Shown here: positions 38,085-52,069 of the stretch, one piece after another
How the letters are laid out: each line of letters opens with the position of its first letter
Position numbering within the stretch: position 1 is the stretch's first letter
DNA from: the human T2T-CHM13v2.0 reference genome, Homo sapiens
DNA length: 64,000 nt
Assembly: GCF_009914755.1 (NCBI RefSeq)
Contig: NC_060938.1
Strand: one strand, 5' to 3'
Notes under the pieces: generated by a model
Databases searched by the model: none
Seen by the model: only the letters and a program-made list of their open reading frames with translations
Told to the model about the DNA's origin: nothing
Translations under genes and position numbers: made by a program

Positions 38085-38763
38085 CAACTCAAAAATTCTT
38101 TCCACAAAGGTAATAGAGAAAGAAAACAGTTTTATTATTGAATAAATTTAAATCAGAATGTGATGTTCAGTACAGACAATCTGCTAAGAGATTGCAAACA
38201 CAAAAAAACTCAGCCTTTTATATAGCCAAGCAGACCCAAGTCATTACATACATATTTTCAAAATAAACGATAACTACTAATTTTTCAGAAAGTAGATTTG
38301 AAGGCATCATTTGTCGTAGTTCATCCTAAAGTCAGTCTGGTAATTGAGGTGATAATCTGCATTAGCTAATTGGACTTATTCAGAGGAAAAACTAATGTAT
38401 ATCTTTACAACAGGAAGTACTCCACTACTTAGAGTAATATGTCCACCTAGGTTAGCCCCTTATCTTCCCATAGTAGCTGGAATCTGGGGTTGTTACCTTC
38501 CTTATTGTTTACATTTCAAAGAGATGGCTTCCAGATGCTTGAGAAAAGACATTCCTGGGTCATAAAACTGACAAAGATCCTAATTAGTTTTCAAAATGAT
38601 ATACATGCATTTCAAAAAGAGGAGAAAGTACTTAAAATTACAAGTTTAGTTTTCTAAAGTAAACACTCCCAAGAAAAAAGGTTGGAGGTGGGGAGCAGTC
38701 TCTCCCTTTATTTTTAACAGGAAGAAATGAGCCTCTTATTTTAAATTTTTATTTGCCTCCACA
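38085..38763 (-). mobile_element. MER34/MER39/MER67-group ERV1 solo LTR
   Basis: Shares core blocks with the LTR at 4998-5501 ('tttcaaagagatggcttccagat...gacattcctgggtcataaaactg', 'ttctaaagtaaa'). Ends 'tttatttgcctccaca'. Confidence 0.65.
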
Positions 38764-40560
38764 ATGGCTGACAGGCTTTGCTGATAGATTAGATGTGGGG
38801 AGTGAGAGAAGAGAGGTAGTTGCTTTTTAAGCCTGAGCAACTGAAAGAAAAGATTTACTTAGATGGAGAAAACATCAGGATAAGCAAGGTGAGGGAAGGG
38901 GCAATCAACATATGGGCTTTGGTATATTAAGTTGGAGATGGCTTTTGGACCTTTAGTCATTACCTTAAGCCAGGAGATAGCTATGAAAATTTGAAGTCCA
39001 AAGGAAAGGTCTGGATTAAAATTTTTGAAGTCATCACTGTACAAACATTTAAAACCATGGAATGAAAGACAACCATTTTACAGTAGTTCCCCACCCCCTT
39101 ATCCATGGGGGATACATTCCAAGACCCTCAGTAGATGCCTCATCTCACAGCTATAACCTAACAATATGTCTATGAGGTTTTTCTCAATGTGATAACTGAG
39201 ACAGCTACTAAGTGACTAATGGTAGCGTAGTTATTATATATACACTGGACAAAGGGATGATTCATATCCCAGAAGGGATGCAGCGAGAGGGTGAGAGATT
39301 TCATTATGCTACCCAGAACAGCACAACTGCTTAATATTTTCAGACCCTGTAGACCATGGGTAACTGAGACTGTGAAAGGTGAAACCATGGATAAGTGGGG
39401 GACTACTGTATTTATTAGAGATGCTAAGAGAAGAGATTCAAAATCTGAGACCCCAGGAGCACAACAAAGTAAGTTGATTAAGGTAGAAACCAGTGGAGAA
39501 TATTATGAAGTGGCCGTGAAGTAAAACAAAAAGCCATATGAAAATCTGTCTTCTGTATAGGAAGTGAAAAAAATGTTTCAGGAAGCAGATTAATCATCTG
39601 TGTCAAATGTGGCTGAGGTCAAGCCAGTTGAAGACTGGGAAATAATCACTGGATTTCTCAATGTGGAAGACACTGGTGACATTCAAAAGAACATTTTCTA
39701 TGGAGTTGTGAGGATGAAAGCCTGGCTGGTATAAGTTTGAAAAGGAATGGAAAAGTTTCAGAGAGTAAATATAGACCACTTTTTCCAAAGTGTTGTTATA
39801 AATAGGAGCAAAAACATACTGTCTATGTGTAGTTAAATGGAAAATCGTTTTTTTTTTTTGTTTTTTTAAATGGGAGAAATTGTAAGACATGTGAATGCTG
39901 ATGGGAATGATCCAGTAAAGAGGGGGAAGTAAGCAATAGTCCAGAAACAGGAGGAGGCTGCGGAACAATGTCCTTGACTGGGTGAAAGGGCACAGTGGAG
40001 GATATGATTTTTATTTTTGGCAACAATAATTAATCTATTGTAAAGGAAGGAAAGGGTCCAGATGCTAGTTGTTTGGTAGCTATGAGGGTAGGAATTTAGA
40101 ACATTCTCTTCTCTGACTGCCTCTATATTCTCAGAAAACAGGATGGGAAAAATTGTGAAGAGTTTAAGGAAAGACTATAAGCTATGTCTATGACAACAGG
40201 AGAGTATTGTACCAGTGCAATGGAGTGTGATTGCTGGGCAGCCTTAAGAGCTTCTTTGAGGTTATTGCCTTTGAATTTAAAGTAAAAGCAATCCACATGG
40301 TTGTGGTTTATTTTTGTTGTTTTTACTTCCAGTTTAGGGGTTGTAGGTACAAACCAGAGCTTGTATTTTGCCAAGCTAATGTGGCAAAGACAAGGGCAAG
40401 AGCAAGACAAGGGAGTTGAAATTACAGGAAAGGAAGATATTATAGTAACTGGCCATGGAATTTAAGCTGGCTTAAGAGGGAAGCAAAAAGGTGATAAAAT
40501 CAGTGGGTTGTAGTTATTGATGGTTATGCCATCAGAGAGTGAAAATTTAATAGAGCTATA
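38764..40560 (-). mobile_element. L2 LINE (decayed)
   Basis: Purine-rich L2 antisense motifs 'ttgctgatagattagatgtggggagtgagaga', 'tgtgtcaaatgtggctgaggtcaag', 'ggaatgatccagtaaagagggg'. Confidence 0.75.
39081..39408 (+). mobile_element. MER44 (Tigger7-derived MITE)
   Basis: TIRs cagtagttcccc..ttatccatgg / ccatggataagtgggggactactg flanked by TA. 'gctactaagtgactaat', 'ctggacaaagggatgattca'. Confidence 0.85.
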
Positions 40561-42199
40561 GACACTCAAGGTCTTTTCAATAAGGGACTCTGCAGGATAA
40601 ACCACATCACTAACACATGCAGCAGGCACATTGAGCACTGTAGAGGGTGAAGAATCATTCAGTGTTGGAGTAGTTAACAGCACAATTTTTCTAAATTTCA
40701 AAAAATAACAAATTATAAACTACTATGCTTATTACAGTTTAATAGCTTATTCTTCATTACTTATCATTGAATAATGTATTCTTGCCCATTAATAGTTAAA
40801 TCTAATATAATGGATAAGCTTGTATGTCAATTGAAACTTAACCATAATAATATTTTATTATTTAAAATATATATGAATAATTTAGAAAGCTTTTCAATGA
40901 TAATCTTATTTATATTTATGCCAACATTATTTTCAACACAGAGCAAAAATTAAACTTCATAACCAAAGTTACATTCATGAATTTTTAAATCTTCCTCTAA
41001 GAAAAACAGTTTGCCAAATTTGCTATAGTAATAAATATGTGAGTCACAAGATTCCCTTCTCTTCTATTAAATAAAAATAAAAGAAAATATTCCTCTTTGG
41101 AACTAAAGCTCTGGCATGTCCAAGAGTGGAATAGAAGCATATTGGAACATTCATGATTTGGAATATATGCTTTGGTTTGCAAATCTAAAATAAAAAGGAT
41201 GGCTCAAAATATTGGAGATAAGCTAGTTTAAAGTTCTTCATAAATCATGGCATATTTTCATAAACATGAGGCAAATTTATGTCTCAGGAAGGTTTTGGTA
41301 TTATTGCTTAAACAAGTGATAAGCCTGTGTACTAAAGATTTTTCCACAAAATATTTCCACTAAAGATTTTTCCAAAGCTTTAACTTTGTATTAGATATTG
41401 ACATTTTTTGTTACAAAGAAAAATAAATCTTTTTCTGCAGATTGTTAGAACTGGAATACCTAAATATGTCATTGTTTTTCATAGAATAACAATTAATAGA
41501 TAAACCTGCAGCAACATAGTGGTTCTATACCAAGGAACTAATCTAATGTCTATTTTTCAATAACAATAACAACAACAAAATCATTTTGTGTCAGATTGCT
41601 GAGTGAAGTGAAAGGGAGATATGAAACTGATTTGTGATGGCGTTTGGGTGCCGACCAAATAGAGAACTGAAGAGGACCATTGGGAAGTCATCTTGGGAGA
41701 TATCCTTCAAATCACAAGGGAGATTACAGATGAACACATTTACGGGTTTTGCTCTCAAGAGTAGATTTTACTGAGTGCAAAGCAGGAGGCTGCCACAACT
41801 GTAAAGGTATTACCTGTGCCTTTCAAAGCTACACAGGTGTCCCTTGGTATTTATTTTATTGAAAAAAAAATGTGCTAGAGTATTCAGATGAGTGTCAGAA
41901 AAATAATTTGTAGAGAGTCATGTTTATGAATTGTTCAGTGATAGAGTAATATATTTTTAAAATGTTACAAGTATGCCTAAAAAGTCTTCTCTATAAAAGT
42001 AAAATTTATTCATATTATCATAAAACAACTATTTATTTTTAGCCCAATATGTGCAAAGCAATGTATTAGAGCCAAAGAATAAAATTATCAAATCTGTTTT
42101 TTTAACTGCATCAAATATATCAAGTATATACATATCTGTATATGTATTAGCTAGAGATTTTTTTTTTTAACCACGGGGGAAAAACAAACAAACAAACAA

Positions 42200-43500
42200 A
42201 AACAGCATAGCATCTAGTCTCACGACTTTAGGTGGTCATAGTTCCCAAATTCATATTCACAGGCCAGGCATTGGCGCTGAAATCGAGATAGTCTACTTGG
42301 CATTTCCACTCAAATATCTAATGGGGATCACAAACCCAATGTTTCTAAAATAAACTGTGATTTTATCAACTAAAACTTGCTCTTCTTCCCTGCCTTTATA
42401 TTCCAGTAAATGCTTCTATGTGTTTATTTCATTTCTTGCCCCTCATATTCTACAACCAACAGTTAGATAACCCTAGCTACCTCGCACATACATCTTTTTT
42501 TTTTTTTTTTTTTTTTTTTTTGAGACTGAGTCTCACTCTGTCACCCAGGCTGGAATGCAGTGGTGCCAATTTCGGCTCACTGCAACCTCCACCTCCCAGG
42601 TTCAAGCGATTCTCCAGCCTAAGCCTCCTGAGTAGCTGGGACTACAGGCTCGCCACAATATCTGGCTAATTTTTGTGGAGAGTCATGGCTACATGCTACA
42701 GGAGGGCCACCATATCCGGCTAATTTTAGTAGAGACAGGGTTTCACCATCTTGGCCAGGCTGGTCTCGAACTCCTGACCTCATGATCCACCCGCCTGGGC
42801 CTCCCAAAGTGCTGGGATTACAGGTGTAACCCCAGCCTCTCTCACATACATCTCTAATTTATCCATGTATTTCCTTCTCCACTGCTTCCATCTGACCAAA
42901 AACATCATCTTTTACTTGGACTATTGTAATTTCCTTACTGATCTCTTATTTTCCATCCTTGCATCTACCTCTCAAAATATTTTAAACTCACAGAAGAGCC
43001 ACGATGATCTTATTAAAATGTATATTTTTTAAAAAGGTCAAAATATAAACCAAATCATGTCACTGTGTTAAATCCTTCAGTGGTTTCTAATTGCATATTG
43101 AACAAAATTCAAATATTTTATTGTGAGTGCAAATACCTGGATTACCTGTTATCTTCCCATTTCTTTTACTGCAGCTCCTTTTCCTCTCCCCCAAAGCACT
43201 GATAGCTAATTCTAGTGAATTTTCTTTGACTATGCCATCACTTGTAAAGCCTTTGTACTTATTCCTTTAAATTCCTCTCCCAGCACATGTGTCCGATAAT
43301 GGCCCTCCTTGGTTATTTGTTATAGAATTTACACCAATCTGTAATTATCTCCTTTATTATTTCTTTATTTCTCCTATGTCTTTTTATTAGATTGCAGGAT
43401 CCAGGAAGGCAGGAACCTGGCTGCCTTTATTACTACTGGAAGCACATAGAATAGGACCAGACAAAAACGGTATAAATGTTTTTTGATTAAAATAATAAAT
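42200..43500 (+). mobile_element. L2 LINE (decayed), interrupted by an Alu
   Basis: 'ctacttggcatttccactcaaatatctaatggga', 'cttggactattgtaat', 'aaatcatgtcact...ccttcagtggtttc'. Confidence 0.65.
42496..42837 (-). mobile_element. AluS with internal duplication and filler
   Basis: Poly-T plus antisense Alu. 15-bp TSD ctc(g/t)cacatacatct (42481-42495, 42839-42853). Confidence 0.95.
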
Positions 43501-44642
43501 ATAGTATTCCAAATATTCCCATTACTCCTGATTCTCTTTCAGTGTTTATTAACAGTGTATACATTATCTATACTTGCCTACATAATTGCAATCACTACAA
43601 ATATTGTAAGCAGTATATAGAACCTTATTATTTAACATGATCTTTTATATAAGTGTCCACGGTAGCATCTTAGTTCAGTTCCATTTAACAAATATGTATT
43701 GCACATGTATTGTATATCAGACTTTGTGTTAGGCACTGGTTACACAGAGATTAATACAGTATGGTTCACTGAAATATTATTAATGCTTGTAGTTCTGGAA
43801 GGATCATAGGTGATTTTTATTTCATTCATCTGTTGTTTACTCTTCATACTTTATTAATTCTTTACATTTTGTGATAAAATATTTTTGTTTACTGATTCTA
43901 AAATAAATAGTACATGTATGACATGAAAATTCAAAGAATATAGATGTGTATGTAAGAGGACATCAAAAGTCTTTCCACATATTCTTCATCAATCAAATAG
44001 CATTATTTTTAGTTTTATTCCATGAAAGCCAATTATAACTACTGTTATATAGTCAGTTATTAACTCATCAGTATGACAGGGAAATCTTTTCATGTTTATA
44101 CAAGTATTTATAACCTGACCTTAATTATAGCTGCATAATAGTCTATTATTAATTACTTAATTATTTAATCTATCTTCCGTTGTTAAAATTTTGCAAAAAC
44201 AAAAAGATAAAGCAAGTTTGAACACTCATCAAATTACTTATGTTAGATGAATTTTATACCTTTAATTATCTCATTTTTAAAATCTTTTTTATGCAGTATG
44301 AGTTTCTTTAAACAAAAAACACACTTCTATTTAACCTATACTTATTAGTTACAATTACATGTGTGATTGGTATTAGTTTTCTATCATTTTCAATATCTTA
44401 TATTCATTTTGCTTTCTTACTTTTTCTTTCTTCCTATTTTTTCCCAAATTGATAATTTTTTTCCATAGTTTTTCTCTCTTTATAATTTTTCTGTATTGCA
44501 CTCATTTTCAAGCATGGTGCTAGAATTTCCTGCACTGTTTTTATCTAAAAGTTACTCTGATAGTTCATTTTGTACTAGAGCCTGCTCTGGATAGTTTAAT
44601 TTAACGACATCTTGAATCACACTGAGAATACAAATTAAACTA

Positions 44643-45032
44643 TGCTATCAACTTAATTATGTCCCCCTGTCTCCCAAATTCATATGTGAGGCCATAATCC
44701 CCAATATGATGCTATCTGAAGATGAGTCATTGAGAAGTAATTAGTGTTATAGGAGGTCATGAGGGTGGAGTCTTCATGATGGAATTAGTAGATTTATTTT
44801 AAAAAATAAAGATCTCTCTGTCACTTTCTCTCACCACTTTCTCTCTCTCTCCCTCGCCCACCTGCCACTTGAAGACAAAGTGAGAAGATGGCTGCCTGCA
44901 AGCCAGGAAGAGGGTCCTCACCAGGAAACAAATTTTGGAGTTGAACAAGCCTCCAGAATTGTGAGAAAATACATTTCTGTTAAGTCCTGCAGTCTGTGGT
45001 ATTCTGTTATGGTAGCTGAGCTGTCTAAGACA
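44643..45032 (+). mobile_element. MLT1A0-type MaLR solo LTR
   Basis: tgctat...ctaagaca. 'tgcctgcaagccaggaagagggtcctcaccagga'. TSD aacta/aatta. Confidence 0.85.
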
Positions 45033-46102
45033 AATTATTAATGTAATCTTTTGCATTTGGCATCAACTCCCTTTCCCTAGGGACTTCAGCTTCTGTACTG
45101 AATCCGAGGACCTCAACCTCTGTACTGAATCAACCTCTGTACCGAATCTACTTATGCTTGCAGGTGATAATCTACATCAGTAGTTCTCAAAATGTGTTAT
45201 GCTTCATAATTACATATTGAGATTTTTATTTTCTAAAAATGTGCTTACCTGACACATCTTGGCATGTCCCAAATCAGAATCAGGAAATCCAGAGAGGCCT
45301 ATGATCCAGGGTATTTTAAGAAAGCTTTTCAGGGAATTATTATATGCACCCTTGATTAAAAAAAACCAAGTGGGTCATATTGACATATTGGTAGTTTGCT
45401 TGGACTCCTTCAGCAATTGTATAGATCAATATTTCATTGATTTTGATGATCATCTGACCAATCCTCAGGAAGTGGCAATGAGCCCAGTTTAGTATTAAAG
45501 TTCAATCCATTCAATGAACGAATTGAATTGAATTTCCTGAATAAGTAAACTTGGGAGTAAAATGCTGCAGCTAGGCCTTTTGGTGGCCAGGTTCTCCCGT
45601 GGCCCTGCTGTGGTTTCTTAGAAGTGATTTCATTTGGTAAGAGCTATAAGTTATCAGTTGAAAGTAGGGTTAGACTAAAAGCTGATCACCTTAGTGATTT
45701 TCACTCCTGAGTGTTTTATCAAGACGAAACTAGTTAGAGATTCTGCCTCATCTCATTTTCATACTAGCAATATCAGGAACCTGTAATGTTAAGTTCCTCA
45801 CTTTACCTTTTGAAGTGCATTTGGTGCACCAATATTGTTTGTCCCATTCCAATTTTCACACAATTACCCACCCAAAGCTCTTACTTTCAGAAACTTCTTC
45901 CCTTGGCTTGGGACAGAATGGGAGGAAATTATTTACATATTTCTCTGAAAGTCCTTCCTTTTCAAGTATGACATCATAGGTGTTTCAGCATTAATGGCCT
46001 TTTCTTTCAACTTGACTCCCTCTGCTTAACATACTACAGAAATTTCGGAAAGTTCCTAGTTGTTTTCTTATTTTCACGAGGAAGAAATCTGTAGTCTCTT
46101 CT

Positions 46103-46456
46103 TGTCACCACTGGAGGGCGACCAAGTTCTTGGCGTCTTGAACAAAGAATTGGCCAAAATGCACAAAGGAAGGAAGGAATTAAGGGATTTATTGCAAATA
46201 AAAGTACACTCCACAGTGTGGGAGTGGGACCAAGCATAGGGGCTCAAGGGCCTCATTACATAATTTTGGGGTGTTTAAATACCCTCTAGAGGATTCCATT
46301 GGTTACTTGGGGTACACCCCATGTAAATGAAGGGATAAAGTAAAGTTACAAAGTTATTTACTTGGCCTACACCCTATGGAGACAATATTTCCTGTCATAG
46401 CTGAAGTGTGAATTGGCCTTATGTTCCCTGCCTTCAGACCCTCTTTTCCTGCCTCA
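46103..46456 (-). mobile_element. MER61A-like 3' LTR
   Basis: Minus strand begins TGAGGCAGGAAAAGAGGGTCTGAAGGCAGGGAACATAAGGCCAATTCACACTTCAGCTATGACAGGAAAT. Confidence 0.85.
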
Positions 46457-46943
46457 TCTCCCCCATGAGAGATGTGACCCCATAAATCTTTATGGGAGGC
46501 AGAGAAACCGATGATCTTTTTTCTGTATCTGCTTCATGCTGGCTTGAGGTGTAGTCCCTACCTACTGAGGATCATGGAACTCTCACCCTGCTCTGTCTGG
46601 TGAAGGCAAGGTAGCTTCTTGATGGCCAGGGGTGGTGTCTTCACCTGGAACTGGCTGGAACCTTTGTTGCATGATGATGTGAAGCTTGATGGTCTCTAGG
46701 CAAGAGGAAATGAATTTGGTTAAAAGATTGTGAACTTCATGGGGTGGATACCTATGCTATCAAAAATGTTTGTTACAAAGATTTGCAGCAGGAAAAAAAA
46801 CAAAATCTGGTTTGTTCTAGAACCTATGTGTTTTCTTAACACACAAGCAACTCCGTTTTGTTTGGTTTGGTCTGTTGGGGCCTAGTGCATGAGCTTAGTC
46901 CAAAACAATGGCCCCCAGAATTTTGTTTAAAAAAAACTCCCCC

Positions 46944-47274
<331 letters not shown>

Positions 47275-47649
47275 TCACTCAGGTGAGAGTGTGACCAAAA
47301 CTTAGGGCCTTAGCACCATTCTCAGTTACCATCGTTTTGGGTTTCCTGTCTTAACACGTCATTCTTAGGTTACTGTGTCCTCATGGTTGCACATTTCTTT
47401 TAGCTCCTGTCATTCCAGTTGAAGACAGACCACATGACATTCTACAGATGGCTGCATGTAAGCATTTAAAACCTTTGAGAAAATACAGTGCACCAGGGAG
47501 ACTATTATTATGACTATTGGGAGGATAATACCAAGAGTTTGGAGTATGCTGCTTACCCAAGGTCACCACAAGCCAAACCTCCTAAAATCAAATGGATCAA
47601 AAAATAAGCTAGATAAAGAGTGTGCTCACTTAACTAAGTAGTCTCTTTG

Positions 47650-47853
47650 TTAATCCCCTACCACTGAATTTCTATAATCTTCATTTGATGTATTTTTCCA
47701 TAGGCCACAAGTGCTAGTGGCTGCACAGCTGCTTCTTTGTTTAGCCAATTCTATTATAACTTTCACAAAAGAATTTAAAGTCTGTTGCATAACTGTAGCC
47801 TTTACAGTAGAATTTGCTATAGATGTTATCATGGGAAATACATTTCTAATCAT
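47650..47853 (-). pseudogene. env: Gammaretroviral env TM ectodomain remnant
   Basis: IRNV...SIANSTVKA...QQTLNSFVKV..LAKQRSSCAATSTCGLWKNTS resembles the heptad repeat plus LAEQGGVCA..CC.WINTS. It lies just upstream of the 3' LTR. Confidence 0.65.
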
Positions 47854-50482
47854 TGCCTCTTTTACTTTAAACCACAGAAAAAGGAACTAACAAATGATCC
47901 CTTTTAGAAGAGTGAAGGCCTCCTGGCAATGTTCTCTTTAACCCATGATGTGAGTTAAGAGGAATCAACCAATGTTTTGTTTTTGACTGATTATGAGGCA
48001 ACGTACATACCAATAAAGTTCCTTACCTACATTGGGCCTTCATCTTTTATCTATCAAAGTATAAGTTTATGTATAAGGCTGGCTATAAACTTCTTCACAA
48101 ATAAAAGTACACCCCGTAAGTGCACGTAACAGACCCCTTTTCCACTTGTATTGTTTATAAAGGCATAAGCAAGGGAAAATATTCAAAGATAAGAGTTTCA
48201 TGATAGAAGTCTTCATCTGCCAACTTGGGAAAAGCTATTCACATTAAGGATTCCATCTTTTTCTTGGAAGACATTTCCCTGGTTAGTTTTACCTTAAGGG
48301 TTCCAACGGGTGTACAGTTCTGAGAGTGTAGAGGGACCCTTCTCATTTATGAGATTATGAACCCAAACTTCAAGGTCCTAAAGTTTTTGTTGTAGTCTGG
48401 ATGGCAAGGACAGTCTTTCGCTGATGTTTTCGGAAGATCCAAAACATAAAAAGCTTTTTCACCTGCTGAAAATACACTGTTGCATAATAATCTACTGTTA
48501 CAACATCAGCCCTCTCGCATGGGAAAGCTTTATACAACCAGAAAACATGCATGGAAAATAACAATTGAATGAAATCCCTTTATAAAAGGTTTAAATGGCC
48601 CACCAGGTGACCAAATGTACCTGAAGCTTTAATTGTTTTCCCAGGCATATAGGACCAAACACTGATAATAAACTATTTTAGTAATTTGTAAGTCACTACA
48701 CCATTGTATTCAATCTGGATCATTTTATCTTTTCCATGATGAGTCATGGAATGCAGAACTTTTAATAATAAGAGCTTTAAGGACTCAGGAAGGACAAGAA
48801 GGCCATCTGGTTCTCCATGAGTCCATGCTTAATCAACATTAGACTTCTATGCTCTTGAATACCAGTTTTTCCAAATTAGGTGCATAGCACTGACAAGGAA
48901 ATTTAGTTATTCCTGTGGTTATTTAATTTAATTATTTAATTTGGTTATTACAATAACATAATAACCATACTTAGACATTAGAATTTTAGAAATCCCATGC
49001 AATTTTGGAACATATATTAGCATTATTCACAAAAATATAACCTAAAGAAGACTGAACATCATTTTAGCAATCCCATGTGCCTAAAAATGTCAAATAATTC
49101 TGTTTACCTCTTTTCTGGATGTTTTCAGGGGCTCTCTGATCCATCCAAAAAGCCAGGCATTCAGAAAGAGAATTTTGAAACTGAAGTTTGACTTTGGAAT
49201 TCCAGATTCCCATAAATTATATATTTTGCCAAAATGATGACTCAGAAATTTTAAAGAAGCAAAAACCTTTTGTAACCTTTTACAGGGAAAAAAAACACAA
49301 TTTACTGTTCTTACATACCTTGCATGTAAAATTGTTTCTAGTAGTCATAATTGCATGTTACAAAGGCAACTCTTAGCAATTTTAACATAAAACCTGGAAA
49401 GTTATGTTCTGAAAAGGTTTGACTATCTCCAGCATAGCTAGAGAGATGTGGCCAACTCCACATGTCCCCAGGCCTTACCTAGCTGGAAAGCAGGCAAGTT
49501 AAACAATTTTCAAAAGCCAAAGAAACAGTTTATGACTTTAAAGTATTTAGAAAACCTAAGATTTGAACATAATTTAGACCACATGTTTACATTTTGAAGA
49601 CATTTGTATTTTACCAATAATCTTTAAAACTGTTTATTTCCCAAAAGATTACTCAAGTCACATGAACTAAATAAAAGACATTATGTTTTTCACTTTTCTG
49701 ACAAAGTATTTGATTTAAGCTCTTATTATTAAACAAATTAATGTAAAACTTTACAGAGGAGATAAACAGGTGACTTATACCTTTTATTTAACCAGTTTAC
49801 ATAGAGAGAAAGAGGCCAGAGACTGGCTGGTAAGAAATTCTTACCCTTTTGCTGGCATGCCAGGTTCCTGGGCTCTCTCTCCCTGAGCAGCCCTAGTGAC
49901 CCTGCTTGACTGTATGCAAACAAACACATTGCCATGAGTTAAGAATATTCACAGTTTACAAATTTTGGACCAATTAGGCAGAGAGAGAGAAATATGATTC
50001 AAATTCCATTTATGAAAGTATGCTCAATACACTTAAAGTATCAGGAAGCCTAAAATCCAAAGTTAGTTTAAGGTTAAAAGTCTGATGTGCTCTATCAGTT
50101 CTTGTGGGCCAAAGGTAGCCTAGGAATTTAAGATAAATGAAGAGTAAACAGCAAACAAATGAAAACTAGAAGCTAAAACAAACAGGAAACCAACCCTAAA
50201 TTTTTCTACTTAATTTACCCTGAAGACTACAGTGTTACCTAGGGTCTCAGAAAACCCACATAATAAGTATTTTATTCCTAATACACAATTAAATACCCTT
50301 ACGTTCACCAATATTGTCATATCTCCTGTGCAATCAAGAAATTCACTTTAGGCACATGACCAATAAGTACTCTAACACTATCCACACAAAATGGCAAATA
50401 TAGTGTGAAGCAATGCAGGCACGTATATGAAACTTGGCCTCACACTAAATCCAGCTTCATGCTTAACTATATTAAAAAATGA

Positions 50483-50703
<221 letters not shown>

Positions 50704-50780
50704 TAAGAGCTTTAACTATGAAAGTGTTAATTAGCCAAATGTCTCCAATTCTCTACCAGGTTTTAAAAAACATTTTATTA

Positions 50781-51113
<333 letters not shown>

Positions 51114-51515
51114 CTAACTACACTGTTTCATAAGTAACCTTTGCAAATCTGTAATTTGAACTAACTTTTAGATAACTTCTGAATTAGACAAAATTATTCT
51201 TTTTTCACTAATAACATAACCCTTTATGGCACATTTTGTATACAGAATTTTTGTCCTTAGAACTAGAATTTTTATCCTTAGTAACCTAAAACTTTAGTGA
51301 AACCCTAAAAAGCAAGAAATCCTGACCTATCAGATATGAGCATTTATAGATCAGAACTATTCCACAATTTTAGAAACATATTTCCCATATCATAATCCTT
51401 TCTTAATTGGAAATGACCCAGATATTAAATGAGCATCAAAAATAAGTTTAAGATTTTAATTTACACAAAAAGTTAACCTAAAATATTTATCCCATTCACT
51501 GTACTTAATTTTTAC

Positions 51516-51805
51516 TTTTTTTTTTTGTAACAGAGTCTCACTCTGTGGCCCAGGCTGGAGTGTAGTGGTGAGATCTTGACTCGCTGCAACCGCTGCCTCC
51601 CAGGTTAAAGCGATTCTCCTGCCTCAGCCTCCCGAGTAGCTGGGATTACAGGCGTGGGTCACCATGCCAGGCTTTTTGTATTTTTAGTAGAGACAGGGTT
51701 TCACCATCTTGGCCAGACTGGTCTTGAATTCCTGGCCTCAAGCAATCCGCCTGCCTCGGCCTCCCAAAGTGCTGGGATTACAGGCTTAAGCCACTGTGCC
51801 TAGCC
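51516..51805 (-). mobile_element. AluS
   Basis: Antisense full-length Alu. TSD taattttt/cacttt. Confidence 0.92.
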
Positions 51806-51825
51806 CTAATTTTCACTTTTAACAA

Positions 51826-52069
51826 GGGAGACATGAACCATCAATCCACATAGGTAAAATGAACATTGATTTGTTTGGAAAGGCAGGACAAATCGAGTTG
51901 GGGAGGGAGTTTGAGGACTTTCAGATCACAGGTAGGTGGGAGACAAACAGTTGCATTCTTTTGAGTTTCTGATTAGCCTTTCCAAAGGAAGTAATCAGAT
52001 ATGCATTTATCTCAGTGAGACTTTGAACAGAATGGGAGGCAAGCTCACCCCAAGCAGTTCTCAGCTTGA
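51826..52069 (-). mobile_element. MER4A-like LTR internal fragment embedded in the MER61 internal region
   Basis: 'gttgcattcttttgagtttctgattagcct...aatcagatatgcatttatctcagtgag...agaatgggaggc...aagcagttctcagcttga'. No LTR termini. Confidence 0.7.
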
